Below, one piece after another: positions 46,221 to 56,898 of a stretch of DNA of 64,000 nucleotides. Under the pieces are notes generated by a model, which saw nothing but the letters and a program-made list of their open reading frames with translations, was not told the DNA's origin and ran no database searches. Made by a program: the position numbers and the translations under genes. Location of the stretch: contig CAIODK010000042.1 of NCBI GenBank assembly GCA_903856995.1, positions 10,259 to 74,258 of the forward strand, read 5' to 3'. Each line of letters opens with the position of its first letter. Position 1 is the first letter of the stretch. This DNA comes from an uncultured Burkholderiales bacterium. Its GTDB lineage: Bacteria; Pseudomonadota; Gammaproteobacteria; Burkholderiales; Burkholderiaceae_C.

Positions 46221-48802
46221 TGGAAGTCTCTCGTATTCGCGCCCTACGCGGCCCAAACCTCTGGACCCGTCACACGGCCATGGAAGCCATGGTGACGTGT
46301 GCTGAGGACGAAATCGATCTAGGTCAACACCCCGACTTTGAAAATCGGTTGCGCAACTTGTTTCCCGGCGTGGGCACACTTCGGCCCACCGCACAAAAGG
46401 TCAAGCTGAGCATGGCGCACGCGTTAGAAGCGGCGACCTTGCATTTGCAAATTGAGGCCGGTTGCCCTGTCACGTTCAGCCGCACCACGGCCACCACCGA
46501 CCAAGGTCTGTTCCAAGTCGCGGTGGAGTACACCGAAGAACAAGTTGGCACCTTGGCTGTCAAACTAGCACACGAATTGTGCGTGGCCGCACTCAACAAC
46601 ACCAGCTTTGATGTGGATGCAGCCATTCACCAACTGCGCGAACTCGACGAAGAAATTCGCCTCGGCCCATCCACTGCGTCGATCGTCAATGCAGCGATCG
46701 CACGCGGCATTCCTTTTCGTCGTTTGACCCAAGGCAGCTTGGTACAGCTGGGTTGGGGTAGCAAACAACGCCGAATTCAAGCGGCAGAGATTGATTCCAC
46801 CAGCGCCATTGCTGAATCCATCGCACAAGACAAAGAGCTCACCAAAAAGCTCCTCCACGCCGCTGGCGTGCCCGTACCTTTGGGGCGTCCTGTCACCAGC
46901 GAAGATGACGCTTGGGCCGCAGCACAAGAAATTGGCTTGCCCGTGGTCATCAAACCACGCGATGGCAACCAAGGCAAAGGAATTTCAGTCAACGTGACGA
47001 CCGAAGAAGGCGTCAAGGCGGCCTACACCACGGCAGTGTCCTTTCGTGACGATGTCTTGGTTGAACGCTTCCTCCCCGGCAGCGATTACCGCTTGCTGGT
47101 GGTCGGTAACAAGCTCGTTGCAGCCGCGCGTCGCGACCCCCCATTGGTGATTGGCAACGGTAAAAACACCGTGCGCGAGTTGGTTGACATCGTCAACGCC
47201 GACCCACGCCGCGGCGAAGGCCATGCCACGTCACTGACCAAAATTCGCTTTGACGACATCGCCATTGCCCGCCTGAAAGAACAAGGTTTTGACGCGGTGT
47301 CGATACCCGCCAATGGCGCTCGTGTGATTCTGCGTAACAACGCCAACCTGTCTACAGGCGGCACAGCCACCGATGTGACGGATGACGTGCACCCTGAAGT
47401 CTCCCTGCGCGCGATTGCCGCGGCGCAAATGGTCGGCCTCGACATTTGCGGCGTCGATGTGGTGTGCGAATCGGTACTGCGTCCCATGGAAGAGCAAAGC
47501 GGTGGGGTGGTTGAAGTCAACGCTGCGCCAGGCTTGCGAATGCACTTGAGCCCCTCATTTGGCAAAGGCCGTGATGTGGGTGAAGCCGTGATGGCGACCA
47601 TGTTCCCAGACGGTGGCGATGGTCGCATCCCCGTGATTGCCGTGACCGGCACCAACGGCAAAACTACCACGGTACGTTTGACCTCTCACCTGCTTCGCGC
47701 CCATGGTTTGCGCGTGGGCATGACCAACACCGACGGCGTCTATGTCAACGGCCGTCAAACCGACAGCGGTGACTGCAGTGGCCCACGCAGCGCACGCAAC
47801 GTGCTGATGCACCCAGATGTAGATGCCGCCGTGCTCGAAACCGCACGTGGTGGCATGCTGCGCGAAGGTTTGGCTTTTGACCGTTGCCAAGTGGCTGTTG
47901 TGACCAACATCGGCATGGGTGACCACCTCGGTTTGAATTACATCTCCACCGTCGAAGACCTCGCCGTGTTGAAGCGCGTCATCGTGCAAAACGTGGCAGC
48001 GTCTGGCACCGCTGTTTTGAACGCAACCGACCCGATGGTGGCAGCCATGGCAGGCAACTGCCCAGGCCAAGTGACCTTCTTTGGTTTGGACTCACACCAT
48101 CCCGTGATTGCGACGCACCGCGCACAAGGCAAGCGGGTGTTGTTCGTAGAAGATGACCAAATCGTGGCCATGCAAGGCAACCATTCGGTGCGTATCCCCC
48201 TGTCAGAGATTCCCGTCACGCGCAGTGGCGCGATTGGTTTTCAAATTGAAAATGCCATGGCATCGATCGGCGCAGCATGGGCGGTGGGCGTTCCTTGGCA
48301 GATCATTTGCACAGGTCTAGCCACCTTCATCAGCGACAGCAATGCTGTGCCTGGGCGTTTCAATGTGTTTGACTACAAGGGTGCGACGGTGATTGCCGAC
48401 TACGGCCACAACCCAGACGCGATCAAAGCTTTGGTCCAAGCCGTCACCAACCTGCCCGCTCAGCGTCGCAGCGTAGTGATCAGTGGCGCGGGAGACCGTC
48501 GTGACGAGGACATTCGCGAACAAACCCGCATCATCGGTGAAGTCTTTGACGACGTGGTGCTCTACCAAGACGCCTGCCAACGCGGTCGCGTCGATGGTGA
48601 GGTGCTCAAGCTCTTGCGCCAAGGTTTGGACGGGGCCAAACGCACAACCCACATCGATGAAATCCATGGCGAGTTTTTGGCGATTGACCGAGCGATGTCA
48701 CGCTTGCAAAAAGGCGACTTGTGCTTGATCTTGATTGACCAAGTCGATGAAGCCTTGGCGCACATCACGCAGCGGGTGAACTCTGCTGTTTTGGCTGGTT
48801 AA
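46220..48802 (+). CDS. cphA: Cyanophycin synthetase
   Basis: LRGPNLW, KPRDGNQGKG, EVNAAPGLRMH, VTGTNGKTT, ETARGG, DYGHN; ATG overlaps the upstream TAA. Confidence 0.95.
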   Translation: MEVSRIRALRGPNLWTRHTAMEAMVTCAEDEIDLGQHPDFENRLRNLFPGVGTLRPTAQKVKLSMAHALEAATLHLQIEAGCPVTFSRTTATTDQGLFQVAVEYTEEQVGTLAVKLAHELCVAALNNTSFDVDAAIHQLRELDEEIRLGPSTASIVNAAIARGIPFRRLTQGSLVQLGWGSKQRRIQAAEIDSTSAIAESIAQDKELTKKLLHAAGVPVPLGRPVTSEDDAWAAAQEIGLPVVIKPRDGNQGKGISVNVTTEEGVKAAYTTAVSFRDDVLVERFLPGSDYRLLVVGNKLVAAARRDPPLVIGNGKNTVRELVDIVNADPRRGEGHATSLTKIRFDDIAIARLKEQGFDAVSIPANGARVILRNNANLSTGGTATDVTDDVHPEVSLRAIAAAQMVGLDICGVDVVCESVLRPMEEQSGGVVEVNAAPGLRMHLSPSFGKGRDVGEAVMATMFPDGGDGRIPVIAVTGTNGKTTTVRLTSHLLRAHGLRVGMTNTDGVYVNGRQTDSGDCSGPRSARNVLMHPDVDAAVLETARGGMLREGLAFDRCQVAVVTNIGMGDHLGLNYISTVEDLAVLKRVIVQNVAASGTAVLNATDPMVAAMAGNCPGQVTFFGLDSHHPVIATHRAQGKRVLFVEDDQIVAMQGNHSVRIPLSEIPVTRSGAIGFQIENAMASIGAAWAVGVPWQIICTGLATFISDSNAVPGRFNVFDYKGATVIADYGHNPDAIKALVQAVTNLPAQRRSVVISGAGDRRDEDIREQTRIIGEVFDDVVLYQDACQRGRVDGEVLKLLRQGLDGAKRTTHIDEIHGEFLAIDRAMSRLQKGDLCLILIDQVDEALAHITQRVNSAVLAG

Positions 48803-50334
48803 AACAAATCTTTGTACTGGTCGCGCAGCAAGTTCTTTTGCACTTTTCCCATGGTATTGCGTGGCAGCTCTGCTACCACAAAGCACTTCTTGGGAATCTT
48901 GAAATTGGCCAGTTGTGATTTGAGTGCCCCAATCACGGCATCAGGTTGAACGCTAGCACCGGGCTTGGCGATGACCACCGCCACGCCCACCTCACCAAAA
49001 TCGGGGTGAGGCACACCCACCAAAGCGCTCTCAGCCACGCTAGGCATGTCATTGATGTACCCCTCAATCTCTGCGGGGTACACGTTGTAGCCGCCGCTGA
49101 TGATCAGATCTTTGCTGCGCCCGACGATGACCACGTAGCCACGCTCGTCAATCTTTCCTACGTCACCCGTTTTAAAGAAGCCATCGTGGGTAAATTCTTC
49201 TTTGGTTTTCTCAGGCATGCGCCAATACCCACCAAACACATTGGGGCCTTTGACTTGAATGCCACCGATCTCGCCCACAGGCAAAGCATGGCCCTCGTCG
49301 TCTTGCACGCGCAAGGACACCCCAGGCAAGGGAAAGCCTACCGTGCCACCACGACGCTCGGTTTGACCGGGGTAACGGGCATCAGCAGCATAAGGGTTGG
49401 ACGTGAGCATGACTGTTTCGCTCATGCCATAGCGCTCCAAAATTGTTTGCCCTGTGCGATCGCGCCATTCGTTGAAAGTCTCCAACAACAATGGTGCTGA
49501 ACCGGCGATGAACAAACGCATGTTCGCCGCTTGCGTTTGGGTCAAGCTAGGCTCTGCCAACATGCGCACATACAACGTGGGCACGCCCATGAACACAGTG
49601 GCTTCTGGCATTTTGGCAATGACGAGTTTGGGATCGAACTTGGACAACCAAATCATCTTGCTGCCGTTGAGCAGCGCGCCGTGAATGGCGACGAACAAAC
49701 CGTGCACATGAAAGATAGGTAAAGCGTGAATCAACACATCGCCAGGCTTCCAACCCCAATACTTTTTCAAGGTCTGCGCATTGCTGAGCATGTTGCCGTG
49801 CGAGAGCATGGCTCCTTTGCTGCGGCCTGTTGTGCCACTGGTGTACAAAATGGCAGCTAAGTCATCAGCCTTGCTCTGAAGCACCTCATGCTTGTCAGCG
49901 CAATGTGCGGCGCGCTCGAGCAAACTGCCTGTTCGGTTGTCATCCAAGGTAAAAACATGGTGCGTCCCCGCCTTGAAGGCGATCTTGCTGACCCAACCAA
50001 AATTCTTGCTACTGCACACCACCACTGCGGGCTCAGCATTGCCAATGAAATACTCAATCTCTCCACTTTGGTAAGCGGTGTTCAAGGGCAAGAACACATA
50101 GCCTGCCCGCAAAGTGGCGAGGTAGAGCATGACGGCTTCCACCGACTTCTCCACTTGCACCGCCACGCGTGCACCTTTGGGGATGTGTAGCGAATCGAGC
50201 AAATTGGCCATCATGGCACTGGCACGCTCTAGGTCAGACCAGCTGTAGATCAAACCCTCATCCGTCTCGATGGCTGTCGCGTTTAGATTTGAGGGGAAAG
50301 CGGTCCGCAACGCCGCATAAAGATTGTGATTCAT
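48799..50334 (-). CDS. matB: Malonyl-CoA synthetase
   Basis: YTSGTTGRSKG, LPIFHVHGL, ERYGMSE, MGKVQK motifs; clustered with malonyl-CoA decarboxylase. Confidence 0.9.
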   Translation of the reverse strand: MNHNLYAALRTAFPSNLNATAIETDEGLIYSWSDLERASAMMANLLDSLHIPKGARVAVQVEKSVEAVMLYLATLRAGYVFLPLNTAYQSGEIEYFIGNAEPAVVVCSSKNFGWVSKIAFKAGTHHVFTLDDNRTGSLLERAAHCADKHEVLQSKADDLAAILYTSGTTGRSKGAMLSHGNMLSNAQTLKKYWGWKPGDVLIHALPIFHVHGLFVAIHGALLNGSKMIWLSKFDPKLVIAKMPEATVFMGVPTLYVRMLAEPSLTQTQAANMRLFIAGSAPLLLETFNEWRDRTGQTILERYGMSETVMLTSNPYAADARYPGQTERRGGTVGFPLPGVSLRVQDDEGHALPVGEIGGIQVKGPNVFGGYWRMPEKTKEEFTHDGFFKTGDVGKIDERGYVVIVGRSKDLIISGGYNVYPAEIEGYINDMPSVAESALVGVPHPDFGEVGVAVVIAKPGASVQPDAVIGALKSQLANFKIPKKCFVVAELPRNTMGKVQKNLLRDQYKDLF

Positions 50335-50348
50335 CGTGTTGATTCAGT

Positions 50349-51347
50349 TCAGTCCAATTTGGCGCCCGAGGCCTTTACCACGGCGGCCCATTTTTTAATT
50401 TCAGCAGAAACAAGATTACCGAACTGTGCGCCGGTCACATTAGGGAACTCTGCGCCACTATTCGCCCAACTGGTTTTGATCTCCTCAGATGCAGCGGCTT
50501 TACGCACCTCCTCAATCACACGGGCCTGCACGTCAGCGGGCGTTCCTTTGGGCGCCCACAAACCATACCAAGTGGTCACGTTGTAATCAGGCATGCCCAG
50601 CTCTGCCGCACAAGGCACATCGGGGAAGGAAGGGTTGCGTTTGTTGCCCGACACCATCAACGCTTTGATGCGGCCACCTTTGATGTGTTGGGCCGAGGAA
50701 CCCAGCCCGTCAAACATCATGTCCACATTGCCAGCGATTAAATCTTGCAAGGCCGGACCGGCGCCGCGATATGGGATATGCGTGATGAAGGTTTTGCTTT
50801 GTAGCTTGAACAACTCACCCGCTAGGTGATGCGAGGTACCACCACCCGCAGAGCCGTAATTGAACTTACCTGGGTTGCTATGCAACACTTGCATAAACGC
50901 TTTGAAATCACCCGGAACGTTCTTAGGATTCACCACCAACACGTGCGGCACGCTTGCCACCATCGCGAGGGGCACAAAATCGCGTTCCAAGTCGTAATCG
51001 AGCTTGGGGTACATGGATGGGGCTATGGAGTGATGCACAGCGCCCATGAACAAGGTGTAGCCATCGGGTGCAGCTTTGGCAGCAACACCGGCACCTAAGT
51101 TACCACCCGCGCCCCCGCGGTTATCGATGACCAAAGTTTTACCAGATTGCTTTGAAAACTGCGCCGAGAAAGGACGAGCAAATACATCGGTGCCACCACC
51201 TGCCGGAAAAGGAACAATTAACGTGACGGGTTTGGTCGGCCAGCTTGACTGCGCCTGCGCCTGCGCCCCCAAACTAAACGCAGCACAGACCGCGGTTGTG
51301 AGCGCCATCCATTGGCGGCGGTTGTGGGTGAGAGTGGAATGATGCAT
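50349..51347 (-). CDS. Bug/TctC substrate-binding protein, candidate malonate receptor
   Basis: IVPFPAGGGTD, DNRGGAGG, HIPYRG motifs; AAGGAG RBS before ATG 51347. Confidence 0.88.
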   Translation of the reverse strand: MHHSTLTHNRRQWMALTTAVCAAFSLGAQAQAQSSWPTKPVTLIVPFPAGGGTDVFARPFSAQFSKQSGKTLVIDNRGGAGGNLGAGVAAKAAPDGYTLFMGAVHHSIAPSMYPKLDYDLERDFVPLAMVASVPHVLVVNPKNVPGDFKAFMQVLHSNPGKFNYGSAGGGTSHHLAGELFKLQSKTFITHIPYRGAGPALQDLIAGNVDMMFDGLGSSAQHIKGGRIKALMVSGNKRNPSFPDVPCAAELGMPDYNVTTWYGLWAPKGTPADVQARVIEEVRKAAASEEIKTSWANSGAEFPNVTGAQFGNLVSAEIKKWAAVVKASGAKLD

Positions 51348-51384
51348 AGCTGTCTCCTTCATGGTTTTATTGAGCGAACACGAG

Positions 51385-52821
51385 TCACTTGAAATACATA
51401 TCTTGTACATCACCCGCCGCTGGTGCTGTACCTTTATCCAACAATTGCCGATTTTTGTCTAGTCGTTTGAGGTCATATAAGTAGTTCACCATCAAACCGT
51501 GGGACTGCTTAATGCCTTTATTAGAAGGGTCGGCAAACCAGTTGATGCGCTCAATGCACGCCCCATTACCCAAATGAAAACGGGCCACGGGGTCAAGCAC
51601 TTGATCACCTTGTTTGGCTTGGCCCAAATAATGCGCGCCCGCCCGCGTCAGAAATTGACGTAAGGGTGATTTTTCAGACAGAACCTCAAGCACTTGAGCT
51701 TGTTCAATCGCCGCCATCACATGGGAAGCAGAAGGCGGCTCGAAGCTGATTTCTCGCCCCAAGGCAGACAACTCTTTGTCACTGAGTTTGCTTAACAACT
51801 CTTCTACATTTTTGGAGAGCCAAGAGCGCAATCCAGGGATGGGCGACAAGGTGGCGAAGGTTTTTAGTTTGGGAAACTCTCCACGCAAGGTTTCGACCAC
51901 GCGTTTGATGAGCGAATCACCAAAGCTCACGCCCTTCAAACCAGTCTGCGTGTTGTTGATGGAATAAAAAATAGCCACCGTTGACTTTTGCAAATCTTCA
52001 GGCGCTGCCAACTCGTCCAGTAGCGGCATGATGTTGTCCGCCATCTCATGGAGCAGGGCAACCTCCACATAAATCAAAGGATCGTTTGGCAAGCTGGAAT
52101 GAAAGAAACCATAGCAGCGGCGATCACTGTCCAACCGGTTTTTCAAATCAGCCCAGCTGCGAATATCGTGGACCGCCTCGTATTTGATGAGTTTTTCAAT
52201 CAAGGATGCGGGTGAATCCCAACTGATGCCTCGCAACTCCAAGAAAGCCACATCAAACCAAGTCGAGAACAGATTCTCCAGCTCCGCGTCCAACGCCAAT
52301 AGGCGTTTGTTGCCTTTGAGGTATGGCAACAGCTCGGCACGCAAGTCAACCAAAAAACGCATACCTCCAGTTGATGCGGCAAAGCGTTGTAACAAGCGGG
52401 TGCGTGGCGACACCAAGGCGCGACGCAAGCGGATTTCAGCAGTACCTTCATCCACAGTTCCCAAGGCAGCGTCATAGCCATCACGCGCCGCACGCACCTT
52501 GACCGCATCGGGGGCGAACTGCTCACTGATCAAGAGCCACACATCTTGCCGTTCGTCGATTCCGGCTTTCCCGTACCAATCGGCCAAGGCTTTGGCGCGC
52601 CGACCGCCCTCGACTTCACTCACGCGTGGATCGACGATGGCCTGAAGCGAAGTGAGGGTTCGACGCAGCGTGCGCGGTGACAGCGCCTCTTTTTGCTGAC
52701 GAAGGGTGGCATCCAAGCGTTCGCGAGACGATCGGATTTCCGGCTTAGGCGCTTCAACCGCCGCAGGTGCTGAGTTGCGCAGCAAATTGAGTTTGCTACT
52801 GAGCCAATTTGTGGCATTCAT
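51385..52821 (-). CDS. matA: Malonyl-CoA decarboxylase
   Basis: YEAVH, DRRCYGFFH, FYSINN, TLSPIPG, DPVARFHLGNGA, MVNYLY motifs. Confidence 0.92.
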   Translation of the reverse strand: MNATNWLSSKLNLLRNSAPAAVEAPKPEIRSSRERLDATLRQQKEALSPRTLRRTLTSLQAIVDPRVSEVEGGRRAKALADWYGKAGIDERQDVWLLISEQFAPDAVKVRAARDGYDAALGTVDEGTAEIRLRRALVSPRTRLLQRFAASTGGMRFLVDLRAELLPYLKGNKRLLALDAELENLFSTWFDVAFLELRGISWDSPASLIEKLIKYEAVHDIRSWADLKNRLDSDRRCYGFFHSSLPNDPLIYVEVALLHEMADNIMPLLDELAAPEDLQKSTVAIFYSINNTQTGLKGVSFGDSLIKRVVETLRGEFPKLKTFATLSPIPGLRSWLSKNVEELLSKLSDKELSALGREISFEPPSASHVMAAIEQAQVLEVLSEKSPLRQFLTRAGAHYLGQAKQGDQVLDPVARFHLGNGACIERINWFADPSNKGIKQSHGLMVNYLYDLKRLDKNRQLLDKGTAPAAGDVQDMYFK

Positions 52822-52840
52822 CCTATTGCTCTTTCTGGCA

Positions 52841-53509
52841 TTACGCCGTCAACACACTGCGTTGCGCAGAAGCCAGCTCTCGCAAGGCTTGGCGCTGCTG
52901 CAGCAAATGATTTCGCATGGCCTGTTCAGCCGCTCCGGCGTCACCCGCTTTGAGCGCGGCGAAAACGGCTAAATGTTCCTTCAAACTTTGCTGCAACCGT
53001 CCTGGCGCATGGAGCTGCTGCAAGCGAGCAAGCTTCAAAATCTTGCGTAAATCAGAAATCGATTGCGCCAGCCATTTGTTGTTGGCCAATTGAATGATGG
53101 CTTCGTGGATGGCAAAGTTGGTATCGTAGTAATCGTTGATGCGGCCTGCATCGGCATGCTGCTGCAGGCGCTGATGCAAGAGCTCCAAGGTTTGGACATC
53201 GGCGATGTTTGCGCGTTGGGTCGCATCAAATGCACAACGACCTTCTAGCAGGGCAATGACAGGAAAAATGTCGTCCAAGTCTTGCTCTGTTACCTCGTTC
53301 ACGAAGCAACCTCGGCGAGGCTCATGTCGCAACAAGCCCTCCGCCGTGAGCACCTTTAAGGCCTCACGCAATGGCGTGCGAGAGATGGACCAGAGTTCAC
53401 ACAATGTCACTTCATCAATGAAATTTCCGGGCCGAAGTTGCCCATCAAAAATGTAAGCGCGCAGCTGTGAGGCAACGTCATCATGCAAGGAGCTGGGGGT
53501 AGCGCGCAT
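52841..53509 (-). CDS. GntR-family regulator of the malonate operon
   Basis: ISRTPLREALKVL wHTH plus FCD domain; start placed at MRATP. Confidence 0.88.
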   Translation of the reverse strand: MRATPSSLHDDVASQLRAYIFDGQLRPGNFIDEVTLCELWSISRTPLREALKVLTAEGLLRHEPRRGCFVNEVTEQDLDDIFPVIALLEGRCAFDATQRANIADVQTLELLHQRLQQHADAGRINDYYDTNFAIHEAIIQLANNKWLAQSISDLRKILKLARLQQLHAPGRLQQSLKEHLAVFAALKAGDAGAAEQAMRNHLLQQRQALRELASAQRSVLTA

Positions 53510-53533
53510 CGTGGGTAAAGGTGCAGTTGAAGT

Positions 53534-53557
53534 TCTGTAATTACACGTAATTATGGA
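53534..53557. promoter_or_regulatory. Candidate GntR operator of the malonate operon
   Basis: TCTGTAATTACACGTAATTATGGA: imperfect palindrome with two GTAATTA units just upstream of the regulator. Confidence 0.55.
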
Positions 53558-53626
53558 AGACAATGACAAAAAAATACACCCTGATTTGCAGGGGTTTTCC
53601 CTGAAGGGAACGCTAACGCGGGAAAA

Positions 53627-54463
53627 TCAAAGGGTGGCTGGGCTGCGCGTAGCGCGGAGCCACAGAGCCAGACCCACCAGCACCATAGGCACGCACAGCC
53701 ATTGGCCCATGCTCATGCCCAGCGCCAACAAACCTAGGTGCGCATCAGGCTCGCGAAAGTATTCGGCCATGAAGCGTAAGCTGCCGTACCCAATCATGAA
53801 CACGCCAGAGACAGCGCCGACGGCACGTGGTTTGCGGGCGTAGAACCACAACACCACAAATAACAAAATACCCTCACCCAAGAACTGATACACCTGAGAG
53901 GGGTGACGCGGGATCAAGCTGCCACTTTGAGGAAACGCCATCGCCCAAGGCAATGTAGGGTCAGCAGCCCGCCCCCACAACTCACCATTGATGAAATTAC
54001 CCACACGTCCAGCGGCCAAACCGGTTGGTACACAAGGCGCAATGAAGTCCGTCACCCATAGCCAAGCGCGGTGGCGTTGCCAAGCAAACCCAGCGGTGGC
54101 TACAAACACACCCAGCATGCCACCATGAAAGCTCATGCCGCCTTGCCACACCGCAAGCACTTCGAGTGGGTGCTCAAGGTAGTAGCCCGGGTTGTAAAAC
54201 AAACAATAGCCAATGCGGCCACCCAAGATCACGCCCATCACTCCGTAAAACAAGATATCTTCTATGTCTTGTTTGGACCAAGTGCCCAAAGCTACTTGGG
54301 CGGCATAAGGCTCATGCTTCAAGCGCAAGCGGGCCAAACCCACAAACAGGGCAAATGCAGCCAGATAAGTCAAGCCATACCAGTGGATGGCCAAAGGACC
54401 CAACTGCAAAGCGATGGGGTCAATTTGGGGATGGAGCAGCACAGCGTTTAACGGCAGGTTCAA
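53627..54463 (-). CDS. lgt: Prolipoprotein diacylglyceryl transferase
   Basis: [39 protein letters not shown] motifs. Confidence 0.96.
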   Translation of the reverse strand: MNLPLNAVLLHPQIDPIALQLGPLAIHWYGLTYLAAFALFVGLARLRLKHEPYAAQVALGTWSKQDIEDILFYGVMGVILGGRIGYCLFYNPGYYLEHPLEVLAVWQGGMSFHGGMLGVFVATAGFAWQRHRAWLWVTDFIAPCVPTGLAAGRVGNFINGELWGRAADPTLPWAMAFPQSGSLIPRHPSQVYQFLGEGILLFVVLWFYARKPRAVGAVSGVFMIGYGSLRFMAEYFREPDAHLGLLALGMSMGQWLCVPMVLVGLALWLRATRSPATL

Positions 54464-56319
54464 TCGCCCAACAGCGACAGGTCGCGCACAGCACCTTTGT
54501 CAGCCGAGGTGGCCAGCAAAGCGTAGGCCTTGAGCGCAGCCGATACTTTGCGAGGACGGGGCAGAACGGGCTTCCAACCCAGCTTGTCTTGCTCGACGCG
54601 GCGTTTGCCCATTTCTTCATCGCTGACCAACAGATTGATCGTACGGTTAAGGATGTCAATGCGAATACGGTCACCGTTGCGAACCAAGCCAATGGCACCA
54701 CCTGCCGCCGCTTCCGGCGAGCAGTGTCCGATAGACAAGCCAGAAGTACCACCAGAGAAACGTCCATCGGTCAACAAAGCGCACGCCTTGCCTAACCCTT
54801 TGGACTTGATGTAGCTGGTGGGGTACAGCATTTCTTGCATGCCGGGACCCCCCTTGGGGCCTTCGTAACGCACCACCACAATGTCGCCCGCTTTGACTTG
54901 ATCGTCCAAAATGTTCGCAACCGCTTCGTCTTGCGACTCCACCACGTGGGCGGGGCCTTCAAACACGAGCAAACTGTCGTCTACGCCAGCCGTTTTGACC
55001 ACACATCCGTCGAGCGCAATGTTGCCGCGCAACACAGCCAAACCGCCCTGTTGGCTGAATGCATGCTCGACCGAGCGGATACAGCCTTCGGCGCGATCGG
55101 TATCAAGGCTAGGCCAGCGCGTGTTTTGGCTGAATGCCACTTGCGTGGGAATGCCAGCGGGGCCAGCCATGTAGAACTTCTTCACGGCTTCCGATGGGTT
55201 GCGTGCGATGTCCCAATCGTCCAAAACCTCTTTCATGGTCTTGCCCAAAACGGTGCCCACATCGGTGTGCAACCTGCCTGCGCGATCCAACTCACCCAAG
55301 ATTCCCATGATGCCGCCCGCGCGGTGCACATCTTCGATGTGGTACTTGTTGGTGTTGGGTGCAACCTTGCACAATTGAGGCACGATTTTTGACATGCGGT
55401 CAATGTCGGCCATGGTGAATTCGATCTCGGCTTCTTGGGCAATCGCCAAAATGTGCAAGATGGTGTTGGTTGAACCACCCATGGCGATGTCCAGCGCAAT
55501 CGCGTTTTCAAACGCTTTGAAGCCCATTGAGCGCGGCAACACCGACACATCGTCTTGCTCGTAATAGCGTTTGCACAAGTCAACAATCGTGCGGCCTGCT
55601 TGCTTGAATAATTCTTCACGGTCCGCATGCGTCGCCAACACGGTGCCGTTGCCTGGTAGGGCCAAGCCCAACGCTTCGGCCAAGCAGTTCATGGAGTTGG
55701 CCGTGAACATGCCCGAACAAGAGCCGCAGGTGGGGCAAGCCGAGCGTTCGACTTCAGCTAAATCGGCGTCTGACACCTTGTCGTCGGCAGCCATGACCAT
55801 GGCGTCGATCAAATCAAGCTTCTTGAACTCCATGACTTGCGTCTGCGGATTGGCCAAGCGAACCTTGCCAGCCTCCATCGGGCCGCCCGAGACAAAGATG
55901 ACGGGAATGTTCAGGCGCATGGCGGCCATCAACATGCCGGGGGTGATCTTGTCGCAGTTAGAGATGCAAACAATCGCATCGGCACAGTGGGCGTTGACCA
56001 TGTACTCCACCGAATCCGCAATGATGTCGCGGCTAGGCAGCGAGTACAACATGCCGTCGTGCCCCATGGCGATGCCGTCATCCACGGCGATGGTGTTGAA
56101 CTCTTTGGCTACACCACCGGCAGCCTCAATCTCACGCGCCACCAACTGCCCCAAGTCTTTCAGGTGAACGTGACCCGGCACGAACTGGGTGAAAGAGTTG
56201 GCGATGGCGATGATCGGTTTGCTGAAGTCATCGTCCTTCATGCCCGTGGCGCGCCACAGGGAACGGGCACCCGCCATGTTGCGGCCAGCGGTGGAGGTCT
56301 TGGAACGGTAAGCAGGCAT
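54460..56319 (-). CDS. ilvD: Dihydroxy-acid dehydratase
   Basis: [10 protein letters not shown] start, [36 protein letters not shown] motifs. Confidence 0.97.
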   Translation of the reverse strand: MPAYRSKTSTAGRNMAGARSLWRATGMKDDDFSKPIIAIANSFTQFVPGHVHLKDLGQLVAREIEAAGGVAKEFNTIAVDDGIAMGHDGMLYSLPSRDIIADSVEYMVNAHCADAIVCISNCDKITPGMLMAAMRLNIPVIFVSGGPMEAGKVRLANPQTQVMEFKKLDLIDAMVMAADDKVSDADLAEVERSACPTCGSCSGMFTANSMNCLAEALGLALPGNGTVLATHADREELFKQAGRTIVDLCKRYYEQDDVSVLPRSMGFKAFENAIALDIAMGGSTNTILHILAIAQEAEIEFTMADIDRMSKIVPQLCKVAPNTNKYHIEDVHRAGGIMGILGELDRAGRLHTDVGTVLGKTMKEVLDDWDIARNPSEAVKKFYMAGPAGIPTQVAFSQNTRWPSLDTDRAEGCIRSVEHAFSQQGGLAVLRGNIALDGCVVKTAGVDDSLLVFEGPAHVVESQDEAVANILDDQVKAGDIVVVRYEGPKGGPGMQEMLYPTSYIKSKGLGKACALLTDGRFSGGTSGLSIGHCSPEAAAGGAIGLVRNGDRIRIDILNRTINLLVSDEEMGKRRVEQDKLGWKPVLPRPRKVSAALKAYALLATSADKGAVRDLSLLGD

Positions 56320-56497
56320 GAGAAGGGCTCCGGTCAGAAAAGCATCAATAAAATCTTGTGAGATTATCGCCCACACATCTCGGCCCCCGTCTCCCAAAGT
56401 TCTAATCTGCGACGCCGAGCAGGGGCAAATTCGCACGGGCAGAAGGCGCTATAAACTGGCTCACACTCACAACTTTGCACACATCAGAGGCTAGGAC

Positions 56498-56809
56498 ATG
56501 AAAAAAATCATTTTTACTTCGCTCGCGTTCGCTGTCGCCTCCGTGTCTTCCCCTGCTTGGGCGGACCAAGCCTTGGCCACCTCCAAAAACTGCATGGCTT
56601 GCCACACGTTGGATCGGAAAATCGTCGGCCCCGCCTACAAAGACGTGGCGGCCAAATACGCAGGAGACAAGTCTGCGGTTGACACACTGGCTACCAAAAT
56701 TCAAAAAGGTGGGTCAGGTGTTTGGGGGCCTGTGCCCATGCCTGCCAATATGCAAGTCAATGACGTTGAGGCCAAAAAATTGGCCGCTTGGATCTTGGGC
56801 ATTAAATAA
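56498..56809 (+). CDS. Periplasmic cytochrome c551/c552
   Basis: Signal peptide, CMACH heme motif, VGPAY, WGPVPMP. Confidence 0.93.
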   Translation: MKKIIFTSLAFAVASVSSPAWADQALATSKNCMACHTLDRKIVGPAYKDVAAKYAGDKSAVDTLATKIQKGGSGVWGPVPMPANMQVNDVEAKKLAAWILGIK

Positions 56810-56898
56810 AGCCCCACCGCATGCAAGCATCCTGACAGGGGCTTTGGGTAAACTCTCACGCTGTTTTACCTCTTCTGGCTTTTTTCAGGACTCCACAC

